A DNA stretch of 64,000 bases from Pseudomonadaceae bacterium (GTDB lineage: Bacteria > Pseudomonadota > Gammaproteobacteria > Pseudomonadales > Azotimanducaceae), in contig JANSXA010000001.1 in assembly GCA_024743175.1 (NCBI GenBank), forward strand, positions 521,656 to 585,655, read 5' to 3'. Positions 1 through 10,244 of this stretch are shown here, in pieces. Position 1 is the stretch's first letter, and each line of letters begins with the position of its first letter. The position numbers were made by a program, and so were the translations under genes. The notes under the pieces are model-generated. The model was not told the DNA's origin. It did no database searches and worked only from the letters and a program-made list of their open reading frames with translations.

Positions 1-1147
1 AGCTGGCAACTGCCAATCCCAGCCGTCCACCACCAGACTGCCCGACTACAGGACGACTGCCGTCTTCGCCAAGATCAGCCAGTTCACCGACCTTAAGCTC
101 CAGCGTCATCTCTTTGCCGTCGCGGACGAGCTCCACCTCAGCCATGTCGCCTGCACGTACTCGACCGACAAAATGTGGCAGCTCAGAGGAGCGTTCAATG
201 GAACGACCGTTGAACGACGTGATGATGTCACCAGCTCGCAAGCCACCTGCCGCAGCGGGGGTGTCGTCAAAAACCTTTGAGATCAGCGCGCCGTGAGGAC
301 GGTCGAGCCCAAAACTTTCAGCAAGATCACGACTGACTTCCTGAATCATCACACCGAGCCACCCTCGTGATACTCGACCGTCTTCTTTCAGCTGATCGGC
401 AACTTCCATCGCGATATCGATGGGAATGGCAAACGAGACGCCCATGAATCCACCCGAATTTGAATAGATCTGCGAGTTGATCCCGATCACATCGCCGTCC
501 AGGTTGAACAGCGGACCGCCCGAATTACCCGGATTGATGGCTACGTCGGTTTGAATGTAAGGCACATAGTTTTCGTTCTGAGCAGTGGGCAGACTGCGCC
601 CTTTTGCACTGACAATGCCGGCAGTGACAGAGTAGTCAAAGCCAAATGGAGAACCAATGGCCAGCACCCACTCACCGACTTTGAGTTTTTCAGATTTACC
701 CAAATCAACCACTGGCAGGTCTTCGTCGGTGGTGACTTTCAGAACAGCCAGGTCAGCGCGCACGTCCCCGCCAACCAGTTCCGCGACCAGCTCACGCCGA
801 TCACTTAAGCGCACAACAATTTCTGACGCGCCATCAACAACATGGTTGTTGGTCAGAATATAGCCGTCTTTGCTGATGATAAAACCACTGCCCAACGACG
901 TCGACGGACGCATATTCGGCACCCGTGGCCGTGATCCTGGGGGGCCAAAAAAGCGGAAAAACTCTTCCAGTTCATCACTACGCGGCTGGCCACGGCGGGA
1001 TTGGCGCGGCTCACCAACGGTACTGATGTTGACAACCGCCGGTGCATTGCGCTCTACCAATTGTGTGAAATCTGGCAGTTCCTTTGCCTGCGCTGCCCAT
1101 GCGGGCGCGAGCAGAATAAAAAACGCAACGATCAATCTAAACTTCAT
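1..1147 (-). CDS. degP: DegP/MucD (HtrA family) periplasmic serine protease with PDZ domain, 3' end runs off the window
   Basis: Not in the ORF track; translated by hand from ATG 1147 (AGGA RBS): MKFRLIVAFFILLAPAWAAQA signal peptide, TNNHVV, DLAVLK, INPGNSGGPL catalytic motifs, PDZ follows; lies downstream of rseC as mucD does in Pseudomonas. Confidence 0.95.
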   Translation of the reverse strand, partial: MKFRLIVAFFILLAPAWAAQAKELPDFTQLVERNAPAVVNISTVGEPRQSRRGQPRSDELEEFFRFFGPPGSRPRVPNMRPSTSLGSGFIISKDGYILTNNHVVDGASEIVVRLSDRRELVAELVGGDVRADLAVLKVTTDEDLPVVDLGKSEKLKVGEWVLAIGSPFGFDYSVTAGIVSAKGRSLPTAQNENYVPYIQTDVAINPGNSGGPLFNLDGDVIGINSQIYSNSGGFMGVSFAIPIDIAMEVADQLKEDGRVSRGWLGVMIQEVSRDLAESFGLDRPHGALISKVFDDTPAAAGGLRAGDIITSFNGRSIERSSELPHFVGRVRAGDMAEVELVRDGKEMTLELKVGELADLGEDGSRPVVGQSGGGRLGLAVAS

Positions 1148-1204
1148 ACTTTGTTTCCTACTAAAGTGTCAGGATATTCATGTTCTGCACTGATTTAGCC
1201 CTGT

Positions 1205-1615
1205 CTATTGACGGGGACTGGTATTAACTTCGACCCGCAACAGCGGAATAAGTTTTGCGCCATGCCTGGTTAATCCGATACCCGCCAGCAGCAGTGCAGT
1301 TGTGATCACGGCAAGGCTGACAAGCGGCGCCGCGGTCATACCGAAGACCTGAAAAGCGTACCCAAAACCCAGCAGAAGCAACAGCGGGAAGCCGAAAAGT
1401 ACAGCTACAACGGTGTTCAGACCACGGCCGGACACAGCAACTTCCGCGTCAATCAGGCTCTGCGTCTGTTTGTCCTTCTGCGGCAAACCTGGCGCAAGCC
1501 ACTTGCCCGCACAACCCTGCTGGCAGCTGGTGCAACCTTCTTCGGCAGCCGTAAAGACACGTTTGCCAGCCAGTTCAGAAATTATAATATTCTTATTAAT
1601 CAATGGGTTAGCCAT
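1205..1615 (-). CDS. rseC: RseC/MucC family positive regulator of sigma E
   Basis: CxxCxxGC motif (GCTSCQQGCAG), two TM segments (FGFPLLLLL), position after rseB. Confidence 0.85.
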   Translation of the reverse strand: MANPLINKNIIISELAGKRVFTAAEEGCTSCQQGCAGKWLAPGLPQKDKQTQSLIDAEVAVSGRGLNTVVAVLFGFPLLLLLGFGYAFQVFGMTAAPLVSLAVITTALLLAGIGLTRHGAKLIPLLRVEVNTSPRQ

Positions 1616-2618
1616 TCTTCTGATGTACGGTTGTGACTATGTTCCGGGCCGTTTCGACCGGTATCTCACCCACCAGTGTGACCAGATAATACTGCCCCTG
1701 TTCTTCGATCTGATGGGTAACTGCTACGGTTGCACCATTCTGCGAGACCATGCTTGCGGCCCCGGCCTTCGGCATGGGTTCAATGTAGATCGAAAATGCC
1801 GCCAGGCCGTCGCTGTACATCAGACTACTGACCTGACTGCCTGAAGCCGGCTTGTGGCGCATATGGGAATCTGTCATCGCAAAGCCCGCCGGTAACCAGC
1901 GTGTACTCCAGGCTGAAGGCATAGGCTCATCACTGTCTGCAGCGGCTGGCGGTTGCCAGGGTTCATCCGCAGCCTGCAGCGTTAGATGACTGACCATGCC
2001 ACCACTGACACCTTCAGGTTCCAGCGCCGAATCTTCAACATCGTCGCCAACCAGCAGCTGATTGAACATGAATATTTCCAGCTTCTGACCACGATGATCA
2101 ACCAGTTCTGAACGCAGCAACAGCGACGTTTCTTTATCGATCCAGATGCGGTAGCCGTATCGATCCTGGTCTTTAGGGCTGATCGCAACCCGCACGGCAG
2201 TGCGACCGGCCGCCCTGCCTTCACCAAAAGTACCGACAGTATAAATATCCGCAATCTGATCAAACTGACGCACAAAGGCACGCGCAAACGGGCCCGCTGG
2301 GATACTTTTTTCCAGCGCGATCAGGTCGTCTCCGGGCATCACGATGCAGGAGACCACTTCACCTGTGCGAATAATCTCCCGCGGCGCACCATTGAGATGA
2401 ACAAGCCGCTCGCGTTGCACCCCATCAACTTCTTTGTGCACAACCCTTAGACTGGCAAGCTCGCCACCGGTGTAATAGCTGAACACCCCATCGTAGCTGT
2501 GGTTAGTGAACGCGGCGTTCATGTCCTGCAGCATCTGCTCTACCAATTGTGCCACTGCAATACAGGGCACCAGGCAAGCAACTGTTGCCAGACACAACAA
2601 GCGAGCCAGGTTCATCAT
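1608..2618 (-). CDS. rseB: RseB/MucB periplasmic anti-sigma E regulator
   Basis: Signal peptide; RERLVHLNGAPREIIR, DRYGYRIWID, YSDGLAAFSIYIE motifs; operon position. Confidence 0.95.
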   Translation of the reverse strand: MMNLARLLCLATVACLVPCIAVAQLVEQMLQDMNAAFTNHSYDGVFSYYTGGELASLRVVHKEVDGVQRERLVHLNGAPREIIRTGEVVSCIVMPGDDLIALEKSIPAGPFARAFVRQFDQIADIYTVGTFGEGRAAGRTAVRVAISPKDQDRYGYRIWIDKETSLLLRSELVDHRGQKLEIFMFNQLLVGDDVEDSALEPEGVSGGMVSHLTLQAADEPWQPPAAADSDEPMPSAWSTRWLPAGFAMTDSHMRHKPASGSQVSSLMYSDGLAAFSIYIEPMPKAGAASMVSQNGATVAVTHQIEEQGQYYLVTLVGEIPVETARNIVTTVHQKNG

Positions 2619-3244
2619 TTTTGGGGTGAGCTCTGACCATTGCTGGTTTCAGCCGGCACGAGGGGCGGCGTACTGCGGAACGTGGCCACTTTTACAAATG
2701 ACGCGAGACTTGCCTGATTCATCGCACGCTGCTGTATGTGATGCAGCATCAGCGCCTGCTGGCGCTGCTGATCAATGGCGGTTGCCTGCTGGTACATCAC
2801 CGGCGCCAGTTCACCGCTACCACTCAATGCTGGTTGCACACCTGCGTAGTCTGCCGTCGGTTCAATTTCGCTGTCGAAAACACCGCCGTTGACCATCACC
2901 AGAACAGCAACCACGGCAGCAACTGCGGTACCTGTAAGTCGCCCTATCCAGGGTGAACGTTGATTCTTCTGCGGATCGATCGATACATCACGCAGCGGCT
3001 GGGAGACATCGGCATCGGCATCTTCAGTCTCATTCAGCGTCTGCCAGATGGCTTCCCGCAGTCCCGGCTGATAGTGCTGCATGTCTTCGCGCATGACGTC
3101 TCGCACCAGCGCAAATCGATACCATTGCTCGCGCAGATCCGAATCCTGTTTGGCTTCATCTAAGACACGGCGCAACTCAAAGGCGTCCGCCTCATTATCC
3201 ATCGCCGCTGAAAGTGATTCTCTGAGCTGTTCCGTCATCACCAA
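2615..3244 (-). CDS. rseA: RseA/MucA anti-sigma E factor
   Basis: N-terminal LRESLSAAMDNE...W.R..LVRD motif, single TM helix, downstream of rpoE. Confidence 0.92.
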   Translation of the reverse strand: MVMTEQLRESLSAAMDNEADAFELRRVLDEAKQDSDLREQWYRFALVRDVMREDMQHYQPGLREAIWQTLNETEDADADVSQPLRDVSIDPQKNQRSPWIGRLTGTAVAAVVAVLVMVNGGVFDSEIEPTADYAGVQPALSGSGELAPVMYQQATAIDQQRQQALMLHHIQQRAMNQASLASFVKVATFRSTPPLVPAETSNGQSSPQK

Positions 3245-3260
3245 TCCCTATCCTACCTTT

Positions 3261-3294
3261 TTCCGTTTCCGGATTTTGTTCCGTTTCCGGATTT
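3261..3294. repeat. 16-bp direct repeat (TTCCGTTTCCGGATTT x2, period 18) in the rpoE-rseA spacer
   Basis: Copies at 3261-3276 and 3279-3294 read directly. Confidence 0.9.
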
Positions 3295-3361
3295 CCCCGT
3301 TTCTCTAACTGCTCCACAGCGCTTGCACTACGCGCTCCCCTATAGACCAGGCTATGACTGA

Positions 3362-3997
3362 TTAGTTCGATTCATCTGTGTTATCCAGTAAGGGTCTGAT
3401 GCGCTGGTCAACAAATTCCCGCGCGCGAAATATTCGACTGCGTACAGTGCCCACCGGACATTCGAGAATGTCCGCAATCTGTTCATAACTGAGCCCGTCA
3501 AATTCGCGCAGGGTCAACGCACTGCGCAGGTCGTCTGGCAACTGCGTCAGCGCATCATGAATGGTAGATTGCAGCTGATCTCGGGCTAACGCTGATTCAG
3601 GATCCTCGCTCTCCCGCAACATGTCTGCATCATCCCGATAGTCCGCATCTTCTATATCAACATCACTGCTGGGTGGACGTCGGCTGCGGGAGACCAGATG
3701 ATTTTTTGCGGTGTTGATCGCTATCCGATACAGCCAGGTATAAAACTGACTGTCACCGCGAAACCTTGGAATCGCGCGATAAGCCTTGATAAAAGCTTCC
3801 TGGGCGACATCTCTGACTTCATCGGCGTCTCTGACATAACGACCGATCAAATTAAGAATACGCACCTGATAACGCGCAAACAGCATGTCAAACGCTGCCT
3901 GGTCACCTTTCTGGACCCGTTTCACGAGTTCCTGGTCTGTATCTTGCGCCAAGTGGATTCCGATTGTTAATAGTCTGGCGAGGCAGGCAAGCTGCAC
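3362..3997 (-). CDS. rpoE: ECF sigma factor RpoE/AlgU (start may be TTG 3952)
   Basis: DVAQEAFIKAYRA, FYTWLYRIAINTAKN, GTVRSRIFRARE motifs. Confidence 0.97.
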   Translation of the reverse strand: MQLACLARLLTIGIHLAQDTDQELVKRVQKGDQAAFDMLFARYQVRILNLIGRYVRDADEVRDVAQEAFIKAYRAIPRFRGDSQFYTWLYRIAINTAKNHLVSRSRRPPSSDVDIEDADYRDDADMLRESEDPESALARDQLQSTIHDALTQLPDDLRSALTLREFDGLSYEQIADILECPVGTVRSRIFRAREFVDQRIRPLLDNTDESN

Positions 3998-4059
3998 CGC
4001 AAAGCCGCGATATTCTGCCGATGTCTGCCGCTATATACTAGGGCGCTTGTTTAACGAAT

Positions 4060-5691
4060 TTGTCAGGTGGGCGCGTGTCACAGAGATTTTCCACAGATGT
4101 GCTGATTATTGGCGGTGGTGCCGCCGGTCTTTGCGCCGCTCTGCAACTGGCGGAGCACGCCCGGGTCACCGTGCTGACCAAAGGCGGCGTTACCAGCGCA
4201 TCAACACACTGGGCACAGGGCGGTATCGCTGCGGTAACCGCCGCGGAAGACACTTTTGGGGATCATGTCGAAGATACGCTGGTTTCAGGCGCTGGGCTGT
4301 GTGACGAGGATATTGTCAACATGACCGTGGCTTCGGCACCCGCGGTGATCCATCGACTCTCAAGCTGGGGAGTGAATTTTGATCAGGAGGGCAATGAGTT
4401 TCATTTAACCCGGGAAGGCGGTCACAGCCAGCGCCGCATTCTGCATGTTGCAGATGCCACCGGCCGCGCCATTAACGAAACGCTCACCGCCAGGGCCCTG
4501 GACCACCCGAATATTGAATTGATGGATGATCGTCTCGCCATTGATCTGATCAACCTGTCGCGCCTGGGCCGCTACCCGAGCCGCTGCGCAGGTGCCTACG
4601 TCTTGAACCGCAGCACTGGACACGTGGAGGTATTCCAGGCGCGATTTGTAATTCTGGCTACTGGCGGTGCCAGCAAGGTTTACCTGTACACCAGTAATCC
4701 AGACAGCTCTACCGGCGACGGCATTGCCATGGCCTGGCGTGCAGGCTGCCGGGTTGCCAACATGGAATTCAATCAATTTCACCCCACCTGCCTGTACCAC
4801 CCGCATGCAGGCAGCTACCTCATCTCTGAAGCCGTGCGCGGTGAAGGTGGCGTGTTACGTCTGCCAGACGGCAGTCGTTTTATGCACAAGTTTGATAAAC
4901 GTGCAGAACTCGCACCCAGAGATATTGTCGCCCGCGCCATCGACCACGAAATCAAGCGTCTGGGAGCAGACTGTGTTTACCTGGACATCAGTCATCGTTC
5001 AAAAGAGTTCATTCTCAGCCACTTTCCGAATATCGCGCAGCGCTGTGCAGACCTGGGTATCGACATCAGCAAAGAGCCTATTCCGGTTGTGCCTGCTGCC
5101 CACTACACCTGCGGCGGTGTTGTTGTCGACCAGCACGGTCGCACCGATCTGCCTAACCTCTACGCAGCTGGCGAAGTCAGTTATACAGGTTTGCATGGCG
5201 CCAACCGCCTGGCCAGTAATTCACTGCTGGAGTGTCTGGTGTTTGGTCACAATGCGGCAGAAAAAATCATCAGCCAGTTAGACCGCCCGTTTGATATTCC
5301 GATTCTTCCGCATTGGGACGAATCCAAAGTGACCGATTCAGATGAGTCGGTTGTGATTGCTCACAACTGGGATGAGCTGCGCCGATTCATGTGGGATTAC
5401 GTGGGTATTGTGCGCACAAATAAACGTCTGGCCCGGGCCCAACACAGGATCGACCTGCTCAAACAGGAAGTGAATGAGTACTACACCAACTACCGGGTCA
5501 ACGATGACCTGATTGAATTGCGTAACCTGTTACACGTTGCCGAGTTGATTGTGCGTTCGGCACTGAAACGCCACGAAAGCCGCGGCTTACACTACAACCT
5601 GGACTTCCCGGAGACCGGAGAGCGTGCACAAGACACCATTATGTTCCCGGGTAGTATTGATCAACTGGATATTCTCAAACCCTCGGCTTGA
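4060..5691 (+). CDS. nadB: L-aspartate oxidase
   Basis: GGGAAG FAD motif, [41 protein letters not shown]; divergent from rpoE as usual. Confidence 0.98.
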   Translation: MSGGRVSQRFSTDVLIIGGGAAGLCAALQLAEHARVTVLTKGGVTSASTHWAQGGIAAVTAAEDTFGDHVEDTLVSGAGLCDEDIVNMTVASAPAVIHRLSSWGVNFDQEGNEFHLTREGGHSQRRILHVADATGRAINETLTARALDHPNIELMDDRLAIDLINLSRLGRYPSRCAGAYVLNRSTGHVEVFQARFVILATGGASKVYLYTSNPDSSTGDGIAMAWRAGCRVANMEFNQFHPTCLYHPHAGSYLISEAVRGEGGVLRLPDGSRFMHKFDKRAELAPRDIVARAIDHEIKRLGADCVYLDISHRSKEFILSHFPNIAQRCADLGIDISKEPIPVVPAAHYTCGGVVVDQHGRTDLPNLYAAGEVSYTGLHGANRLASNSLLECLVFGHNAAEKIISQLDRPFDIPILPHWDESKVTDSDESVVIAHNWDELRRFMWDYVGIVRTNKRLARAQHRIDLLKQEVNEYYTNYRVNDDLIELRNLLHVAELIVRSALKRHESRGLHYNLDFPETGERAQDTIMFPGSIDQLDILKPSA

Positions 5692-6023
5692 CGCGGCACC
5701 TGTTCCAGCAGAAAAATGCGCAAAGCCGCCCGTTGCCCCGGCTGAAGTTCGCCGGGAAATATCCAGTGGCTTGCAGCGTAGGTCCTGATACACATCAGGC
5801 CACCCAGCTGCCAGAGCGCTCTGATGTTGTCTTCCTGCAGATAGATGCGCCGGCTGACTCGGGAAAGCCGATACATCTGACGTCGCATCAAGCGCGTGCT
5901 GCATACACAGACCAGACCAACACCCGCGAACCCCAGCCAGAAAAAACTGACCCAGCTCATATAACCTACCCATAAAATAGCAAGGTAAACCCGCCAGGGC
6001 GATAGACTCAGTTCAACGGTCAA
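5661..6023 (-). CDS. YgfX-like small membrane protein (tentative)
   Basis: Two hydrophobic N-terminal segments; overlaps the sdhE stop, matching the ygfZ/sdhE/ygfX/nadB synteny. Assignment is positional. Confidence 0.5.
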   Translation of the reverse strand: MTVELSLSPWRVYLAILWVGYMSWVSFFWLGFAGVGLVCVCSTRLMRRQMYRLSRVSRRIYLQEDNIRALWQLGGLMCIRTYAASHWIFPGELQPGQRAALRIFLLEQVPRQAEGLRISS

Positions 6024-6292
6024 AGACGACCGTTGCTGGCAATGATTTTGTCGACCACGGTGCGGGTCAGGTCATCTGCGGGTACTTCACGACCCTGCAA
6101 CCAGTCGAAGAGCTGCCAGTCTTCTTCTTCCAGCATGTTTTCGTAAGTGGTCTGTTGATCAGCAGGCAGCGCATCAAAGTGATCACGCACAAACGGCACA
6201 AGTTTCAGCTCGAGCTCAAGCATGCCGCGGCGGCTGCGCCAGTAGATGTGTTTTAAATGCGTCGGAGAATCCATAAAATTGGGTGAATCCAT
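6020..6292 (-). CDS. sdhE: Succinate dehydrogenase flavinylation factor SdhE
   Basis: WRSRRGMLELE (RGxxE) motif. Confidence 0.95.
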   Translation of the reverse strand: MDSPNFMDSPTHLKHIYWRSRRGMLELELKLVPFVRDHFDALPADQQTTYENMLEEEDWQLFDWLQGREVPADDLTRTVVDKIIASNGRL

Positions 6293-6380
6293 AAAATAAG
6301 TTCAGTTCGGTTCGACAGGATCTATACTGTGCTCACCTTATCTTCAGTGGCTGGGAAAACCAGCAGTTTAAGTCGTCACG

Positions 6381-7142
6381 GTGTGTAAGCGACAAGGAGC
6401 AGAGTTGGACACTTCACAAAGCAATTCCTCAGCGCATTCTGGCCTGCACGGTCAGTGGCATCAGGCTGGCGTGATCAGCGTGCTGGGTGCAACCGCCGCT
6501 GATTTCCTGCAGGGATATGTTACCTGTGACACCCGCAGATTGCAGCCCGGCCAGGGTCTGCCTATGGCAATCTGTAATCTTAAGGGGCGGGTTGTGGCCA
6601 GCGGCTGGTTGATACCTGCTGAAGATGGGATTGATGTTATTGTGCATGCAAGCCTGCTCGATGACGTGCGCACGTTCTTAAAGCCCTATGTGACGTTCTC
6701 TAAATGTTCGTTCGCCACGGACTCGGACAGGCACGTTGCGGTTAACACCCCGCAAGCCGATATGGTTCTGACACCACATCTGACGCTACAGCTCGGCAAC
6801 CCTGAGGCTGCTCTCAATGATTGTTCAGATGCTGTGAACACCTATCTGATCAACGCTGGTTTTGCCTTTATCAGCAAACCTGTGAGCGGACAATTTCTGC
6901 CTCAGGTGTTAGACCTGCACAATCAGGGTGCCGTGGATTTTGACAAAGGCTGCTACCTGGGCCAGGAAATAGTTGCCCGCGCCCAGTTTCGCGGCGCGGT
7001 AAAACGTCATCTGGTCAGCTTCAGCGACGCCAGCTTGCCTCACATCGGAGACCCCTGGGGGGACAGCGGCACTGTGATCGCAATCAACAGCCTCGGCCAG
7101 GGTCTGGCGAGCGCGAAGGTGGCGACCAACTCAACCGGGTAG
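6381..7142 (+). CDS. ygfZ: YgfZ family folate-binding Fe-S/tRNA-modification protein
   Basis: FDKGCYLGQEIVAR signature; divergent from sdhE. Confidence 0.93.
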   Translation: MCKRQGAELDTSQSNSSAHSGLHGQWHQAGVISVLGATAADFLQGYVTCDTRRLQPGQGLPMAICNLKGRVVASGWLIPAEDGIDVIVHASLLDDVRTFLKPYVTFSKCSFATDSDRHVAVNTPQADMVLTPHLTLQLGNPEAALNDCSDAVNTYLINAGFAFISKPVSGQFLPQVLDLHNQGAVDFDKGCYLGQEIVARAQFRGAVKRHLVSFSDASLPHIGDPWGDSGTVIAINSLGQGLASAKVATNSTG

Positions 7143-7191
7143 TCCCACGCGGCGATGTTGTCTTGCACGCCAGCACCGCAACAGCAGTGTT

Positions 7192-8373
7192 TTACAACGA
7201 ATACAGGTTCGCGACATTTGTCCGCGTGATTTTGTCGCGGGTTTCAGCGGTGTAGTTTTCAAACATCTCGTTAAGCACCTGGGTAGAACACGGCCAGGTG
7301 GAGTCTGTGTGCGGATAGTCCGACCCCCACAGCAGGCTTTCTTCGCCAATCAGTTCGCGGGTGCCCAGCGCTGCGGTGTCATCTTCGATGGTTGCAAAGA
7401 ACTGTCGCTTCCAGATCTCCATGACGTCGACTGGTGGCGTGCTTGATGAATCCTTTGCATATTCCCGCGCCCAGCCCTGCTGAACCTTGTCCAGCCAGTG
7501 GGCAATCCAACCCGCATTGAACTCCGCCAGCACAAACTTCAGATTAGGATGTTCAGCACACACGCCTCTCACCATAAGCTCAACCATTGTGTCGTGGATA
7601 AGCGCAGGGCTACCCGCATAGTTTACGATTGGGTCACGGCTCGCCGAGGCTTTCAACCAGTCCGGAACGTGGGACATGCAGGCAACATGAAAGGCTACGG
7701 GTAAGCCCGCTTCTTCTGCGAGCGCCCACATCGGCTCGTATGCGTCGTCACAGTAGCGCAGACCGCGCGGCGCGTTACTGGGAATGACAACACCTTTGTA
7801 TCCGAGTTTAATGACCCTTTCGAGCTCAGCAAGGGCAACTTCAGGCCGCTGCACCGGTAAGGCTGCCAGCCCGACAAGGCGCCCTTTTGACGCGACTGAT
7901 TGAGCATGCATCCAGTTGTTGTAATTGCGCTGCAGCGCGATCATGAGATCCAGATCAGATAAGCTGAACATCGGAAACCAGCCCGGATAAAGGATCTCGG
8001 CAGACACGCCGTCAATGTCCTGATCATCCGGGCGGCGCGCGCCATCAGTCAGTCCGGCACGCATGGCGGCGTAACCACCATTGATGTAAGCCTGTATCTC
8101 TGGATCATCGATGGAACCGGCACCCGGCTTCGACGCATGCTCGCGCGGTAGCGGCTTATCATAATCAAGCCGAGTTCCTGCAAGCGCCATATAAGCCACG
8201 TTGCGGGAACGCTTTGGGTTGTTTGGAATGACAATAAATTCACCAGCCCCCTCCTTACTGACAACACGCGGAGCCTCATCGCCAAACTTTTCAGGCAGGC
8301 CTTCAAACACCTCGGGACCCTCCAGAGCATGTGAATCAGCCGATATGGGTCGCGGGTCGTTGAGTAGTGTCAT
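7192..8373 (-). CDS. Amidohydrolase-2 family metal-dependent hydrolase/decarboxylase
   Basis: SADSH, YEPMWALAEEAGLPVAFH, LAEFNAGW, WGSDYPH motifs. Confidence 0.85.
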   Translation of the reverse strand: MTLLNDPRPISADSHALEGPEVFEGLPEKFGDEAPRVVSKEGAGEFIVIPNNPKRSRNVAYMALAGTRLDYDKPLPREHASKPGAGSIDDPEIQAYINGGYAAMRAGLTDGARRPDDQDIDGVSAEILYPGWFPMFSLSDLDLMIALQRNYNNWMHAQSVASKGRLVGLAALPVQRPEVALAELERVIKLGYKGVVIPSNAPRGLRYCDDAYEPMWALAEEAGLPVAFHVACMSHVPDWLKASASRDPIVNYAGSPALIHDTMVELMVRGVCAEHPNLKFVLAEFNAGWIAHWLDKVQQGWAREYAKDSSSTPPVDVMEIWKRQFFATIEDDTAALGTRELIGEESLLWGSDYPHTDSTWPCSTQVLNEMFENYTAETRDKITRTNVANLYSL

Positions 8374-8445
8374 GGTGATTCCTCAGGCGTGAACGGTGTT
8401 TGCGTGTGGTTTGTGCACGCTGAATGTTTTGTGTGCATGGGGAGT

Positions 8446-8473
8446 ATTATGAACACGTTCATTATACTGTCAA
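8446..8473 (-). promoter_or_regulatory. Sigma70 promoter TTGACA-N16-CATAAT for the amidohydrolase, overlapped by the palindrome ATGAAC-AC-GTTCAT (8449-8462; putative TetR operator)
   Basis: Read directly; a TetR gene lies immediately upstream. Confidence 0.6.
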
Positions 8474-8477
8474 GCAA

Positions 8478-9101
8478 TTAAGACCGCTTACCTTTTTCAC
8501 CCAGCAGCCACTGCAACTGAGCAGAAATAGCCTGTTCAGCGGCACTTGCACCGGCAATCAGAGCCAGACGATGCAGGTTGATCGGCAGCGCCAGCGCGCC
8601 ATGCACTGCGCTCAGCACCAACTGCGCCAGCACCGCCGGATCACCCTGACGAAACTGGTCGTCTCGCTGACCGTCAGCTATGGCCTGGACAAAAAGCGTG
8701 AAAAAAGCGTCGTCCGCCAGTGCGATCTGTTCCGGTTGCGGTATGGATTCGGGTCTGACAAAAAGCATCGCACTTCGAAAAACCTGCGGTTCCTCGCCGG
8801 AGAAGCGCACATAAGCTTGTAGAAGCGCCCTGAGCCGCTCAGCAGGATCAGAAATTTCCTGGCCAATATGCGTCATCTGCTGCACCAGCTTGCGCACCGG
8901 TTGGCGCCAAAGTGACTGCAGCAACTCGCTTAAACTTCCAAAATAGGAATAGACCGTTCCTACTGAAACGCCAGCATGCTCGGCAACTGCGCGAACCGAA
9001 ACGTCCCCCAGGCCGTTTTGCGCATAGAGCTCTGCAGCTGCTTCGCGAATGTTGCGGCGAACGCGTTTACGTTGTTCATCTGTCAGAGCAGGTCTGGGCA
9101 T
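8478..9101 (-). CDS. TetR/AcrR family regulator
   Basis: HTH SVRAVAEHAGVSVGTVYSYF. Confidence 0.93.
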   Translation of the reverse strand: MPRPALTDEQRKRVRRNIREAAAELYAQNGLGDVSVRAVAEHAGVSVGTVYSYFGSLSELLQSLWRQPVRKLVQQMTHIGQEISDPAERLRALLQAYVRFSGEEPQVFRSAMLFVRPESIPQPEQIALADDAFFTLFVQAIADGQRDDQFRQGDPAVLAQLVLSAVHGALALPINLHRLALIAGASAAEQAISAQLQWLLGEKGKRS

Positions 9102-9316
9102 TGCGATAGGGCTGCACGTTTGCGCAGCTGCTGTTGGCGTTGTGCGACTTTATCACGATTGGGTTAATCACCTGGCAGCAGATTAAGAGGCGAATTGCGG
9201 CCAGGTCTGAGACGGGACCTGCCGCACAAATACCGCGATTGAAGCCCTGCTGGGCCTGCGAGCGAATAGATCCTGTCTATACTCAGAAGGTATTCACTCT
9301 CCGGACACCCCTATCC

Positions 9317-10153
9317 ATGGCTGAACTTGCCGAATCCATCGCCGCGGACATTCAAACCGCTTTAGACAAAGACCAACTTGAACTGCCTTCTTTACCCGAA
9401 GTAGCGCTGCGCATCCGCGAAGAAGCTGAATCGGAGTTTGTTTCGGCAGTATCGCTGGCGAAAGAAGTCGGCGACGACCCGGGGCTGGCCGCTCAGCTGG
9501 TGCGTATAGCCAACTCACCGATGTTCCGCGCCACCCGCTCAATCGACGATCTGAGCCAGGCTATCAGCCGTCTCGGCGTCGACTATTCAGCCAACATGGT
9601 GACCGGCCTTGCGATGCAGAATATGTTTCAGGCAACCACAGAGTTTGTTGACAACCGCCTGCGCGATGTCTGGAAAAACTCAACGGAAGTAGCTGCCTGG
9701 AGCTCAATCCTGTGCAAAAGATATACCCGCCTGCGCCCGGACCAGGCCACCCTGGCAGGTTTGACCCACTCTATCGGTATACTGCCCATACTCAGCTGGG
9801 TAGAAGAAAATGACAGCCTGATACGTGACAGTATGACCCTTGACCGGGTCATTGAGAGCATCCATCCAACCATCGGTGGCATGATCCTGCGGCACTGGAA
9901 TTTTGCTGACGATATCGTTGTTGTACCCGAGCATTATCAGGATGACCAACACCAGGCAAACGAAGTGGACTACGTAGACATTGTCTGCGCAGCAAACTGG
10001 CTGTTACATCGTGATACAGACAAATCCATCAGCGAACATAAGTGGTCAGGCGCGTCCTCGCTGCAACGCATTGGGTTTGATCCGGAAATGGATGAACTCG
10101 AGCTGGAAGGTCTGGTGGAACAGGTAAATGAAGTGAAAAACGCTTTCCACTGA
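9317..10153 (+). CDS. HDOD domain protein (ORF extends to 9134; ATG 9317 preferred)
   Basis: LPSLPEVALRI, DPGLAAQLVRIANSP, AISRLG, AGLTHSIG motifs. Confidence 0.9.
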   Translation: MAELAESIAADIQTALDKDQLELPSLPEVALRIREEAESEFVSAVSLAKEVGDDPGLAAQLVRIANSPMFRATRSIDDLSQAISRLGVDYSANMVTGLAMQNMFQATTEFVDNRLRDVWKNSTEVAAWSSILCKRYTRLRPDQATLAGLTHSIGILPILSWVEENDSLIRDSMTLDRVIESIHPTIGGMILRHWNFADDIVVVPEHYQDDQHQANEVDYVDIVCAANWLLHRDTDKSISEHKWSGASSLQRIGFDPEMDELELEGLVEQVNEVKNAFH

Positions 10154-10244
10154 TCCAGGCGTACGACAAAACCAAAGGGTTCTGGGAGCCAGTCCGGCTT
10201 TGATGGTAATCTGCGCAGTCTGTTAAGCCACGAGCCGAAGCCAC

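Noticed and set aside
6267-6297. 13-bp direct repeat GAATCCATAAAAT giving MDSPNF-MDSPTH at the sdhE start
   Set aside because: A small local duplication offering two possible start codons; no evidence of function.
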